64,000 nucleotides of DNA from Octopus vulgaris. Lineage: Eukaryota. Each line of letters opens with the position of its first letter. Position 1 is the stretch's first letter. The stretch is from positions 21,514,001 through 21,578,000 of the forward strand of contig OX597841.1 in the NCBI GenBank assembly GCA_951406725.2, written 5' to 3'. Made by a program: the position numbers and the translations under genes. The notes under the pieces are model-generated. The model had not been told where the DNA came from and ran no database searches. It saw nothing but the letters and a program-made list of their open reading frames with translations. Positions 50,017-60,652 of this stretch are shown in pieces.

Positions 50017-53000
50017 GCTATTTCACCATGCATTACCCCTCTCTTGATATCCTACGTTCTACTTGCCTAGAACCTGCCATCATTTCCCTGAACCACCCCT
50101 CCCCACTGGTGCTCCCCTATATTTCTGCACCCCCCCACACATAAAAAGCACCATCCGAACGTGGCCGATGCCAGACCCCTCTGGCACCTGTGCAGGTGGC
50201 ACGTAAAAAGCACCCTCTACACTCGCGGAGTGGTTGGCGTTAGGAAGGGCATCCAGCTGTAGAAACACTGCCAGACTAGACTGGAGCCTGGGGCAGTCCC
50301 TAGCTCCCCAGACCCCGGTCGAAACCGTCCAACCAGTGCTAGCGCGGAAAACGGACGTTAAACGATGATGATGATGATGATGATGTGTGTGTGTGTGTGT
50401 GTATGTATGTGTATATCTTAGCTGCTTTCTCGTATACGTGCAAAGCCATTGTAAGAAAGAATCGTTGAGATGAGTCATTGATGATGTAACGTGAGTCCCT
50501 TGTATGACTCTTGACCCCGATGGAAGATTTGCACATTCTATCACATAATGCACAGCTGTACTGGCTGGCAGAAGAAACAGGGGCCACTGTATGAACCCTT
50601 TTGACATGCCTTTTCACTCCTCCATCTGAGAGGCTCACATGAAGACAGACAGACAGACAGTAGGTATGTATGCCTTGTGTGTCCATGAATTTTAAGGGAT
50701 TTTTTACCACTTTTTCTTGTGTCTTCCTTTAGGAACCGACCCCTCAGCTTCACCATCATTCTGCCAAAAAGACGAGCGCCCGGAAGCGCTGGGGCCTGGA
50801 CATGTCCTGGGATGAGCCTGACAGTTTTGACCTCACCGATGTCCAGAACACTAAACACTCGTTTCTGTCGGGTTTAAAGGACAAACGCACCGAGAACAAT
50901 ACCAGTTACATCTTTGACGATATTGGCTTTGATGAAGAGTTTGCCAGGTATTGAGTTCTACTACTACTGATGCTGTGGTTGTTGTTGTGTGTGTGTATGT
51001 GTATTATTTCAAAAATAATATTCGTCATCTTTATGCACCAACTGACATCGGAAACAGAAACAGCTGTAAGAATTTCTCCTATAAGAGAAAAATAATGTTA
51101 TATGCAGCTATGAGGAGACCCTAATTGAGTACTGCATTTTAATGGGTATAAAGAACCCTCTAATTTTGGGGGCTTAAAATTTGAAAAAAAGGTTTTGTAA
51201 GGGACTATAATACTGTTCATGTATAAGAAACTCCCATATTTCTTTAAACTAATTTTTAACAAAAAAGGGTTCCTTAAACATGTTAAAAGATGGGATGTGG
51301 AAATTCTATTTTATTTGTTCCCTCACTCATAAGAAAAAGACCCTGCAAAATAATAATAAGCCCCCCCCCCCCAAAAAAAAACCCCGTTATAAGCCCTGAG
51401 CTTATCTCTATCCTTGAAAGGAAACTCCCCTTTCCCTTCTTAGCAAACTCTCTTCCTCTCACTCCAAAAGCAGCCATAGGTGGCAGCACCAACAGTTGCC
51501 TATCAAATTTGCTATATACTCTCTTTTACTTGTTTCAGTCATGTGACTGTGGCCATGCTGGAGCACCGCCTTTAGTCGAACAAATCGACCCCAGGACTTA
51601 TTCTTTGTAAGCCTAGTACTTATTCTATCGGTCTCTTTTTGCCGAACCGCTAAGTTACGGGGACGTAAACACACCAGCATCGGTTGTCAAGCAATGTTGG
51701 GGGGACAAACACAGACACACAAACATACATGCACACATATATATATATATACATATATACGACGGGCTTCTTTCAGTTTCCGTCTACCAAATCCACTTAC
51801 AAGGCTTTGGTCGGCCCGAGGCTATAGCAGAAGACACTTGCCGAAGGTGCCACGCAGTGGGACTGAAACTGGAACCATGTGGTTGGTAAGCAAGCTACTT
51901 ACCACACAGCCACTCCTGTGCCTATCCATATATACATACATACATACATACATATATATTATATATATAATGTGGGAAATTTGGTGACTGTTGGTGGTGT
52001 TTGTATGTTTGTATATATATGTGTGTGTATATATATGTTCACAAACATATGTTCACATTGTTCATCCATTCACAGCTTCTCCAAGAAGAAGGCTCCACCT
52101 GTGAAGGCGCCAATGACCAATAGACAGAACTCTGGTCAACACACCAGCCGGTCATCGGCCAAACAGTTTTACCTTGGGAAAGCTCGTTACCTACCAGGTA
52201 TGTATAACACTCAACCATGTGTATATGGCATGTGTGTATGTGTGTGTGTGTGGGGGGTATGGTTCCTGTGGCATGGATTGGATGGTGTGGACATGTACGT
52301 ACGTATGGCATTACGGAGGTCCTGTTGCTGGATGCCTGTATCCCTGGAGATTACATCAGGGTAGGAGAGTGTGCGCCCTCTGGTATTGCGAGCAGATGGC
52401 TTCCAGAGGAGAAGAGTAGAAATTGCCTCTTTTTCAGCTCTACAACATTGTCCAGCAAACTGGACTCTTCTACCTTTCACAAGAGATGACACAGGTGGTA
52501 GTTTCCCTATATTTGTACTTTGGTTGGATGACGCTTCCACAAGAGATTTTGAGCTCTCATAAGGAGGCGAGTGTAAGTTCCATCCAACCGCCTCTCAAGC
52601 TTCTTTGATAATGTCCAGGTTTCTGAGCCATAGAGTAGAATTGGTTCGACTGTGGCTTTGAAGATTTCAAGTTTGAAGTCTCTACTTAGATTTGATTACC
52701 AGATCTTATGCATATCATTACAGGCTGACCAGGCCATACCCTTTCTAGTTAGAAAATCTTTTCCAGATGATGATATGTATGACCCAAGATATTTGTAATC
52801 AGAAACCACATTTAAGGGCGCATTGTTGAGAGTATGGATGATGCAATCACAGCCTCACACACACACACCCACTCTGCCACTCACCTGTGTTGTTATTGCG
52901 AGAGAGCCATCATCATTCAATGTCCATTGTCCATGCTGGCATGGGTTGGACGGTTTGACCAGGGCTTTCAAGCTGGAAGGCTACACCAGACTCCAGACTT

Positions 53001-56000
53001 ATTTGGCATGGTTTCTATGGCTGGATGCTCTTCCTAATGTCAACCCCTCCGAGAGTGTAATAGGTGCTATTACATCCCACTGGCACGGGTGCCATTTGCG
53101 CGACACCAGTATCTGCCATGACTTCAATTTTGCTTGGCTTGATGGGTCTTGCACAGCATAATGCCAAAGGTCTTGGTCATTGGCTCCATGGGGCCCAGCA
53201 CTTGAAAGGAGCTCAGCCACTTTGTCTCCATGGGGCCCAAATCATCGGGCAAGAGGCTGTGCTTGAGAAGACCTGATGAGTCGAGTGAAATTGTTATTGT
53301 GGCTGATGCCAGTACTGCCTCACTGGCACCCGTGCTGGTGGCATATAAAAAGCACCTTACAAGCGTGGCATAAATGAGGGGACATCAAAGATGGGCAGAA
53401 ACGGGGGGGAAATAAGGCAAAATTGTAAGAAAAGGCAAAGTCTCTGAACTGATCCTTAAAAGACATGAGTTATGAGGAGAAGAGGAATGAACCAGAAACC
53501 TTGTTATTTGGAGAAGTGTAATGATTAGAATAATGGTGGTGGTGGTGGTGATAGGCATGACTGTGATGTAGATGATGATGATGATGATGGGTGGAGGTGA
53601 TATTGATAAAGTTAATGATAGTAACAATGATGGTGGTAGTGGTGGTGACGATGATGGTGGTGGTGGTGGTAGTGATGATGGTAGTGGTGGTGGTGGTGAT
53701 GATGGTAGTGATAATGGTGGTGGTGGTGGTGATGATGGTAGTGATAATGGTGGTGGTGGTAGTGATGATGGTAGTGATGGTGGTGGTGGTAGTGATGATG
53801 GTGGTGGTGGTAGTGATGATGGTGGTGGTGGTAGTGATGATGGTGGTGGTGGTAGTGATGATGGTGGTGGTGGTGGTGGTGATGATGGTAGTGGTGGTGG
53901 TGGTGGTGGTGGTGATGATGGTAGTGATAATGGTGGTGGTGGTGGTGATGATGGTAGTGATAATGGTGGTGGTGGTGGTGATGATGGTAGTGATAATGGT
54001 GGTGGTGGTGGTGATGATGGTAGTGATAATGGTGGTGGTGGTGGTGATGATGGTAGTGATAATGGTGGTGGTGGTAGTGATGATGGTGGTGGTGGTGATG
54101 ATGGTAGTGATAATGGTGGTGGTGGTGGTGATGATGGTAGTGATAATGGTGGTGGTGATGATGGTGGTGGTGGTGGTGATGATGGTAGTGATAATGGTGG
54201 TGGTGGTAGTGATGATGGTGGTGGTGGTGATGATGGTAGTGATAATGGTGGTGGTGGTGGTGGTGATGATGGTAGTGATAATGGTGGTGGTGGTGGTGAT
54301 GGTGGTGGTGGTGGTGATGATGGTGGTGGTGGTGGTGATGATGGTAGTGATAATGGCGGTGGGTAGTGATGATGGTGGTGGTGGTGATGATGGTAGTGAT
54401 AATGGTGGTGGTGGTGGTGGTGATGTTGGTAGTGATAATGGTGGTGGTGGTAGTGATGATGGTGGTGGTGGTGATGATGGTAGTGATAATGGTGGTGGTG
54501 GTGGTGATGATGGTAGTGATAATGGTGGTGGTGGTAGTGATGATGGTGGTGGTGGTGATGATGGTAGTGATGATGGTGGTGGTGGTGATGATGGTAGTGA
54601 TAATGGTGGTGGTGGTGGTGATGATGGTAGTGATAATGGTGGTGGTGGTAGTGATGGTGGTGGTGGTAGTGATAATGGTGGTGGTGGTAGTGATGATGGT
54701 GGTGGTGGTGATGATGGTAGTGATAATGGTGGTGGTGGTGGTGATGATGGTAGTGATAATGGTGGTGGTGGTAGTGATGATGGTGGTGGTGGTGATGATG
54801 GTAGTGATAATGGTGGTGGTGGTGGTGATGATGGTGGTGGTGGTGATGTTGGTAGTGATAATGGTGGTGGTGGTAGTGATGATGGTGGTGGTGGTGATGT
54901 TGGTAGTGATAATGGTGGTGGTGGTGGTGATGATGGTAGTGATAATGGTGGTGGTGGTGGTGATGATGGTAGTGATAATGGTGGTGGTGGTAGTGATGAT
55001 GGTGGTGGTGGTGATGATGGTAGTGATAATGGTGGTGGTGGTGGTGATGATGGTGGTGGTGGTGATGATGGTAGTGATAATGGTGGTGGTGGTGGTGATG
55101 ATGGTAGTGATAATGGTGGTGGTGGTGGTGATGATGGTGGTGGTGGTGATGATGGTAGTGATAATGGTGGTGGTGGTGGTGATGATGGTAGTGATAATGG
55201 TGGTGGTGGTGGTGATGATGGGGGTGGTGGTGATGATGGTAGTGATAATGGTGGTGGTGGTGGTGATGATGGTGGTGGTGGTGATGATGGTAGTGATAAT
55301 GGTGGTGGTGGTGGTGATGATGGTAGTGATAATGGTGGTGGTGGTGGTGATGTTGGTAGTGATAATGGTGGTGGTGGTAGTGATGATGGTGGTGGTGGTG
55401 ATGATGGTAGTGATAATGGTGGTGGTGGTGGTGGTGATGTTGGTAGTGATAATGGTGGTGGTGGTAGTGATGATGGTGGTGGTGGTGATGATGGTAGTGA
55501 TAATGGTGGTGGTGGTGGTGATGATGGTAGTGATAATGGTGGTGGTGGTGGTGATGATGGTAGTGATAATGGTGGTGGTGGTGGTGATGATGGTAGTGAT
55601 AATGGTGGTGGTGGTAGTGATGATGGTGGTGGTGGTGATGATGGTAGTGATAATGGTGGTGGTGGTAGTGATGATGGTGGTGGTGGTGATGATGGTAGTG
55701 ATAATGGTGGTGGTGGTGGTGGTGATGTTGGTAGTGATAATGGTGGTGGTGGTAGTGATGATGGTGGTGGTGGTGATGATGGTAGTGATAATGGTGGTGG
55801 TGGTGGTGGTGATGTTGGTAGTGATAATGGTGGTGGTGGTAGTGATGATGGTGGTGGTGGTGATGATGGTAGTGATAATGGTGGTGGTGGTAGTGATGAT
55901 GGTGGTGGTGGTGATGATGGTAGTGATAATGGTGGTGGTGGTGGTGGTGATGTTGGTAGTGATAATGGTGGTGGTGGTAGTGATGATGGTGGTGGTGGTG

Positions 56001-59000
56001 ATGATGGTAGTGATAATGGTGGTGGTGGTAGTGATGATGGTGGTGGTGGTGATGATGGTAGTGATAATGGTGGTGGTGGTGGTGGTGATGTTGGTAGTGA
56101 TAATGGTGGTGGTGGTAGTGATGATGGTGGTGGTGGTGATGATGGTAGTGATAATGGTGGTGGTGGTGGTGGTGATGTTGGTAGTGATAATGGTGGTGGT
56201 GGTAGTGATGATGGTGGTGGTGGTGATGATGGTAGTGATAATGGTGGTGGTGGTGGTGGTGATGTTGGTAGTGATAATGGTGGTGGTGGTAGTGATGATG
56301 GTGGTGGTGGTGATGATGGTAGTGATAATGGTGGTGGTGGTAGTGATGATGGTGGTGGTGGTGATGATGGTAGTGATAATGGTGGTGGTGGTGGTGGTGA
56401 TGTTGGTAGTGATAATGGTGGTGGTGGTAGTGATGATGGTGGTGGTGGTGATGATGGTAGTGATAATGGTGGTGGTGGTAGTGATGATGGTGGTGGTGGT
56501 GATGATGGTAGTGATAATGGTGGTGGTGGTGGTGGTGATGTTGGTAGTGATAATGGTGGTGGTGGTAGTGATGATGGTGGTGGTGGTGATGATGGTAGTG
56601 ATAATGGTGGTGGTGGTGGTGGTGATGTTGGTAGTGATAATGGTGGTGGTGGTAGTGATGATGGTGGTGGTGGTGATGATGGTAGTGATAATGGTGGTGG
56701 TGGTGGTGGTGATGTTGGTAGTGATAATGGTGGTGGTGGTAGTGATGATGGTGGTGGTGGTGATGATGGTAGTGATAATGGTGGTGGTGGTGGTGATGAT
56801 GGTAGTGATAATGGTGGTGGTGGTAGTGATGGTGGTGGTGGTGATAGTGGTGGTGGTAGTGATGATGGTGGTGGTGGTGGTGATGATGGTAGTGATAATG
56901 GTGGTGGTGGTGGTGATGATGGTAGTGATAATGGTGGTGGTGGTAGTGATGATGGTGGTGGTGGTGATGATGGTAGTGATAATGGTGGTGGTGGTGGTGA
57001 TGATGGTGGTGGTGGTGATGTTGGTAGTGATAATGGTGGTGGTGGTAGTGATGATGGTGGTGGTGGTGATGTTGGTAGTGATATTGGTGGTGGTGGTGGT
57101 GATGATGGTGGTGGTGATGGTGGTGGGGGTGGTGATGATGGTAGTGATAATGGTGGTGGTGGTGGTGATGATGGTGGTGGTGGTGATGATGGTAGTGATA
57201 ATGGTGGTGGTGGTGGTGATGATGGTGGTGGTGGTGATGATGGTAGTGATAATGGTGGTGGTGGTGGTGATGATGGTAGTGATAATGGTGGTGGTGGTGG
57301 TGATGATGGTGGTGGTGGTGATGATGGTAGTGATAATGGTGGTGGTGGTGGTGATGATGGTGGTGGTGGTGATGATGGTAGTGATAATGGTGGTGGTGGT
57401 GGTGATGATGGTAGTGATAATGGTGGTGGTGGTGGTGATGATGGTAGTGATAATGGTGGTGGTGGTAGTGATGATGGTGGTGGTGGTGATGATGGTAGTG
57501 ATAATGGTGGTGGTGGTGGTGATGATGGTAGTGATAATGGTGGTGGTGGTGGTGATGATGGTAGTGATAATGGTAATGGTGGTGGTGGTGATGGTAGTGA
57601 TAATGGTGGTGGTGGTGGTGGTGATGATGGTAGTGATAATGGTGGTGGTGGTGGTGATGATGGTAGTGATAATGGTGGTGGTGGTGGTGATGATGGTAGT
57701 GATAATGGTGGTGGTGGTAGTGATGATGGTGGTGGTGGTGATGATGGTAGTGATAATGGTGGTGGTGGTAGTGATGATGGTGGTGGTGGTGATGATGGTA
57801 GTGATAATGGTGGTGGTGGTGGTGATGATGGTGGTGGTGGTGATGATGGTGGTGGTGGTGGTGGTGATGATGGTAGTGATAATGGTGGTGGTGGTGGTGA
57901 TGATGGTAGTGATAATGGTGGTGGTGGTGGTGATGATGGTAGTGATAATGGTGGTGGTGGTGGTGATGATGGTGGTGGTGGTGGTAGTGATGATGGTGGT
58001 GGTGGTGATGATGGTAGTGATAATGGTGGTGGTGGTAGTGATGATGGTGGTGGTGGTGATGATGGTAGTGATAATGGTGGTGGTGGTGGTGATGATGGTG
58101 GTGGTGGTGATGATGGTAGTGATAATGGTGGTGGTGGTGGTGATGATGGTAGTGATAATGGTGGTGGTGGTGGTGATGATGGTAGTGATAATGGTGGTGG
58201 TGGTGGTGATGATGGTAGTGATAATGGTGGTGGTGGTGGTGATGATGGTAGTGATAATGGTGGTGGTGGTGGTGATGATGGTAGTGATAATGGTGGTGGT
58301 GGTAGTGATGATGGTGGTGGTGGTGATGATGGTAGTGATAATGGTGGTGGTGATCGTGATCGCGGTGGTGGTGGTGGTGATGATAGTGATGATGGTGGTG
58401 GTGGTGAGGATGGTTAGGGTTAGGCAATGATGATGGTGGTGGTTGTGTTGATGATGAGAGGGATGACGACAGTGGTGGTGGTGGCAGTGATGATGATGAT
58501 GCTGATGATGGTGTTGAAACACCTTTAATCTCTTTTATTTTGCCCAGGTATAAATCCTACGTTAGGCTCAGGATGTAAAGACAATGTTGCGCTGTGGAGT
58601 AAGCCATTCACCAACCTCTCTCGCAATAACAACACAGGTGAGTGGCCGGGTGGGTGGGTGAGGCTGTGTGTGTGTGTGGTTATGTGACTGTCTGTACGGT
58701 TATGTAGGTGAGTGTGTGTGTGGTTGTATATATGACTCTGCCGGGCGAAATGCGTATCCGTATTTCGTCTGTCGATACGTTCCGAGTTCAAATTCCACCG
58801 AGGTCGACTTTGCCTTTCATCCTTTCGGGGTCGATAAATTAAGTACCAGTTACGCACTGGGGTCGATGTAATCGACTTAATACCTATGTCTGTCCTTGTT
58901 TGTCCCCTCTGTGTTTAGCCCCTTGTGGGTAGTAAAGAAATAGAAATAGGTATTTCGTCTGCCGTTACGTTCCGAGTTCAAATTCCACTGAGGTCGACCT

Positions 59001-60083
59001 TGCCTCTCATCCTTTCGGGGTCGATAAATTAAGTACCAGTTATGCACTGGGGTCAATGTAATCGACTCAATACCTATGTCTGTCCTTGTTTGTCCCCTCT
59101 GTGTTTAGCCCCTTGTGGGTAGTAAAGAAATAGGTATTTCATCTGTCTTTATGTTCTGAGTTCAAATATCGCCGAGGTTGACTCTGCTTTTCATCCTTTC
59201 GGGGTCGATAAATTAAGTACTAGTTACGCACTGGGGTCAATATAATTGACTTAATCCATTTGTCCGTCCTTGTTTGTCCCCTCTATATTTAGCCCCTTGT
59301 GAGCAATAAAGAAATATATATGACCCTGTATGTGTGTGTGTGGGTCAGTGTTTGTATGGCTATGAGCATGTGTGTGTAGTTTCTTCTTTTTATTCTTTTA
59401 CTTGTTTCAGTCGTGTGACTGTGGCCATGCTGGAGCACCGCCTTTAGTCGATCAAATCGACCCAAGGACTTATTCTTTGTAAGCCTAGTACTTATTTTAT
59501 CGGTCTCTTTTTTGCCGAACCGCTAAGTTACGGGGACGTAAACACACCAGCATCGGTTGTCAAGCGATGTTAGGGGGGCAAACACGCACACACATATATA
59601 TATATATATGTACATATATATACGACGGGCTTCTTTCAGTTTCCGTCTACCAAATCCACTCACAAAGCTTTGGTCGGCCCGAGGCTATAGCAGAAGACAC
59701 TTACGCAAGGTGTCACGCAGTGGGACTGAACCCTGAACCATGTTGTTCATAAGCAAGCTACTTACCACACAGCCATTCCTACGCCTATTGTGTATGTATC
59801 TGTGTGCATGTGTGTGAGAGAAAGTTGGCTGCTATTTTTAGCAATTTAAATGGCTCGACAGGAACACCCTTGTTTGATTTGAGTGGATATGAATCCTAGG
59901 ATTAGTCTGTCTGTCTGTCTCTCTTTGTCTCTCTCTCTCTCTCAATAATTTCTCATGCTTTCCCTCTCTGCAGATTTTAGCTGGAAACCGACCCCTATTA
60001 ATTTAAAGAAAAATTCTGCAACCTACAGAAGACCCTCAGTTGGGGCAGCACTGCATGGTCGTCCTGATTGGGCAGCTAAGTAA
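30432..60083 (+). CDS. MAK: MAK/ICK(CILK1)-family Ser/Thr kinase (RCK family), 12 spliced coding exons, ~580 aa; a final exon may lie beyond the window
   Basis: Exons join in frame at GT..AG junctions (101+55+122+80+133+172+168+375+215+122+90+106 nt). The protein has [38 protein letters not shown] and the family C-terminal motifs [20 protein letters not shown] and HGRPDWAAK. Confidence 0.95.
30577..32545. mobile_element. SINE A cluster including a head-to-tail 164-bp array (31211-32097 +) and an inverted copy (32148-32545 -)
   Basis: Repeated 5' halves separated by (TA)n. Confidence 0.85.
32550..33910 (-). mobile_element. Fragmented Tc1/mariner-superfamily transposase (catalytic region) interrupted by CR1 and SINE insertions
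   Basis: [24 protein letters not shown]...[13 protein letters not shown] (33735-33910); [13 protein letters not shown] (32890-32935); [15 protein letters not shown] (32550-32606). Confidence 0.72.
32620..32892 (+). mobile_element. CR1-type LINE 3' end
   Basis: Homologous to 5748-6010; (ATT)n tail. Confidence 0.85.
34367..34631. mobile_element. Fold-back element (~125-bp arms) carrying a variant hammerhead
   Basis: Arms 34367-34493 and 34507-34631; ends in (TA)n. Confidence 0.7.
34503..34553 (+). ncRNA. Minimal type I hammerhead-like motif with G3:C8 swapped core
   Basis: uuuguca-GUGAACA-G-GUCGC-[9 nt]-GCGAC-GAUA-AUAU-UU-ugacaaa. Confidence 0.5.
35424..35459 (+). ncRNA. Minimal hammerhead-like motif, A6U core, in a Penelope-like terminal element (35395-35550)
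   Basis: cuuu-CUGUAGA-A-GAGC-guag-GCUC-GAAAC-GUA-aaag. Confidence 0.55.
35650..37175. mobile_element. SINE A copies flanking MAK coding exon 2 in opposite orientation (35650-36080 +, 36445-37175 -)
   Basis: Family A consensus. Confidence 0.8.
36278..36332 (+). CDS. MAK: MAK/ICK coding exon 2 ([18 protein letters not shown])
   Basis: ttaacag acceptor, GTAAGT donor, 55 nt, phase-compatible, alphaC REVK. Confidence 0.95.
37369..37490 (+). CDS. MAK: MAK/ICK coding exon 3 ([41 protein letters not shown])
   Basis: ttttgcag acceptor, GTGAGT donor, 122 nt. Confidence 0.96.
38008..38525. mobile_element. (TAA)n-flanked non-coding interspersed element (second partial copy at 39345-39657)
   Basis: Two near-identical copies, each abutting (TAA)n. 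Confidence 0.6.
38541..39095 (+). mobile_element. R4/Dong-like non-LTR retrotransposon 3' end (restriction-like endonuclease) with 5' fold-back, in (TAA)n
   Basis: [27 protein letters not shown]......IPVIIGALG motif; TAA repeats on both sides. Confidence 0.8.
40062..40141 (+). CDS. MAK: MAK/ICK coding exon 4 ([26 protein letters not shown])
   Basis: catag acceptor, GTGAGT donor, 80 nt, in frame. Confidence 0.93.
40395..40527 (+). CDS. MAK: MAK/ICK coding exon 5 ([45 protein letters not shown])
   Basis: ctttcag acceptor, GTAAGA donor, catalytic loop, DFG and TDY motif. Confidence 0.97.
40663..41310. mobile_element. Fold-back MITE with telomere-like repeats (copy 2, opposite orientation)
   Basis: Same TIRs as 25513-26131; TSD GGGACATG/AGGACATG. 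Confidence 0.88.
41320..41464. mobile_element. Small Tc1/mariner-type MITE
   Basis: TIR TTAGGTTGTCCCAAAAGTTCGTA, TA flanks. Confidence 0.75.
41858..42278 (-). mobile_element. SINE family A full copy
   Basis: Family A consensus. Confidence 0.85.
42862..43033 (+). CDS. MAK: MAK/ICK coding exon 6 ([57 protein letters not shown])
   Basis: (tc)n-tag acceptor, GTAAGT donor, 172 nt, APE and DMW motifs. Confidence 0.97.
43055..44900. repeat. GT-derived minisatellite GCACATCCAGGCATGTGGCT(GT)nATGTTCAT(GT)n
   Basis: About 30 tandem variable-length units directly after the exon 6 donor. Confidence 0.95.
44985..45570. repeat. CAC/TAC triplet satellite
   Basis: Direct reading. Confidence 0.9.
45605..45772 (+). 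CDS. MAK: MAK/ICK coding exon 7 ([56 protein letters not shown])
   Basis: ttgcag acceptor, GTAAGC donor, 168 nt, kinase subdomain XI. Confidence 0.95.
46450..46680 (+). mobile_element. SINE family A 3' half, A-to-G hypermutated
   Basis: Aligns to family A with 18 A>G substitutions in 46521-46632. Confidence 0.85.
46707..46920. mobile_element. Tc1/mariner-type MITE
   Basis: ACAGGGTTGGCCAA ... TTGGACAACCCTGT imperfect TIRs in (TA)n. Confidence 0.6.
47275..48190 (+). mobile_element. Tandem non-autonomous Helitron-like units (47275-47657, 47660-48048, truncated 48050-48190)
   Basis: 5' TC..TATATAAA, internal (TCTG)-like repeat, 3' hairpin CCCGAGCAACGCCGGG followed by CTAG|T. Confidence 0.75.
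48643..48680 (-). ncRNA. Minimal type I hammerhead-like motif (CCGACGA core)
   Basis: cugu-CCGACGA-ACG-ggaa-CGU-GAAA-CUC-A-GA-GUA-acag, in a TA-flanked element at 48537-48688. Confidence 0.6.
48717..48848. repeat. Perfect 132-bp spacerless palindrome
   Basis: 66-bp arms exactly complementary, centred on AAGCTT. Confidence 0.95.
49195..49569 (+). CDS. MAK: MAK/ICK coding exon 8 ([10 protein letters not shown], polyQ/H tract, ...TSGKTNQ)
   Basis: ttttttatctgcag acceptor, CAG|GTGAGC donor, 375 nt open; completes the kinase domain. Confidence 0.9.
50733..50947 (+). CDS. MAK: MAK/ICK coding exon 9 ([33 protein letters not shown]...DEEFA)
   Basis: Polypyrimidine-ttag acceptor, AG|GTATTG donor, RRRWG-like and WD motifs; not in the ORF track. 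Confidence 0.88.
51518..51925 (-). mobile_element. SINE family A full copy
   Basis: Family A consensus. Confidence 0.85.
52076..52197 (+). CDS. MAK: MAK/ICK coding exon 10 ([10 protein letters not shown]...[14 protein letters not shown])
   Basis: cacag acceptor, G|GTATGT donor, conserved SAKQxYLxxxRYLPG motif. Confidence 0.9.
52305..52822 (-). mobile_element. RTE/RTEX-like LINE ORF fragment
   Basis: [11 protein letters not shown]...[16 protein letters not shown]...[21 protein letters not shown]. Confidence 0.78.
53535..58510. repeat. ~4.9-kb GGT/GAT triplet-based satellite with higher-order units
   Basis: GATGATGGTAGTGATAAT(GGT)4-6 units. Confidence 0.97.
58548..58637 (+). CDS. MAK: MAK/ICK coding exon 11 ([30 protein letters not shown])
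   Basis: ttttgcccag acceptor, G|GTGAGT donor, 90 nt, phase 1-1; continues RYLPG-INP. Confidence 0.85.
58740..59315 (+). mobile_element. SINE family B, three tandem 3' units
   Basis: Family B core repeated three times. Confidence 0.8.
59392..59787 (-). mobile_element. SINE family A full copy
   Basis: Family A consensus. Confidence 0.85.
59974..60083 (+). CDS. MAK: MAK/ICK coding exon 12 ([36 protein letters not shown]); ends at TAA 60081-60083 or splices after 60079
   Basis: ctctctgcag acceptor; HGRxDWxAK C-terminal family motif. Confidence 0.88.
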
Positions 60084-60114
60084 GTAACTATGACGATATT
60101 ACTATCATGTGTGT

Positions 60115-60337
60115 GTGAGAGGCTTCTGAAAAGTTTCTGGCTTTAAGGGTCTCGTGAGAGGCCTAGTTGGAGGCTCAACCTTCCAAGTTCTTTTTACAGG
60201 GCTTCAGAAAAATGAAGGGCCGCTGCAATAAGCGTGTGAATCTGAGAGGGGAATACTTTGAAGAAAATTATAATTAACTGATTCTCCCGTGTATTTTCTT
60301 TTACTGAGAGCCAGGAACTTTTCAACCACCCCTCGTA
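60115..60337. mobile_element. mariner-derived MITE/relic
   Basis: TIR-like GGAACTTTTCAACCACCCCTCGTA end, also seen at 10032-10056 and 10501-10526. Confidence 0.6.
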
Positions 60338-60347
60338 TGTAAATATA

Positions 60348-60383
<36 letters not shown>

Positions 60384-60386
<3 letters not shown>

Positions 60387-60625
60387 TTGCGGCCAAAATG
60401 TTCAGAACGGCATTGTTTTCGCAACCATGGGTTTTGCAGTAAATCACTAAATCATCCATAACTTTTGTATTATCCGCTCAAATTACACCAAAATCTCAGA
60501 CAATAACAATTAATATCGTATTTATTGTCTGTGAAAATTATAGAATATAAAACAACTTTGATAAAAAAATTATACCTACTTTTCAGACGAAAACAATGCC
60601 GTTCTGAACATTTTGGCCGCAACTG
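60384..60625. mobile_element. Tc1/mariner-type MITE with ~38-bp TIRs in (TA)n
   Basis: CAGTTGCGGCCAAAATGTTCAGAACGGCATTGTTTTCG and its exact reverse complement. Confidence 0.88.
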
Positions 60626-60652
60626 TATATATATATATATATATATATATAG

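Noticed and set aside
53385-58522. 1354-1680 aa ORFs (poly-H, poly-T, G/D-rich, poly-V)
   Set aside because: They are translations of an intronic triplet satellite that is open in several frames on both strands, with no domain and no splice support.
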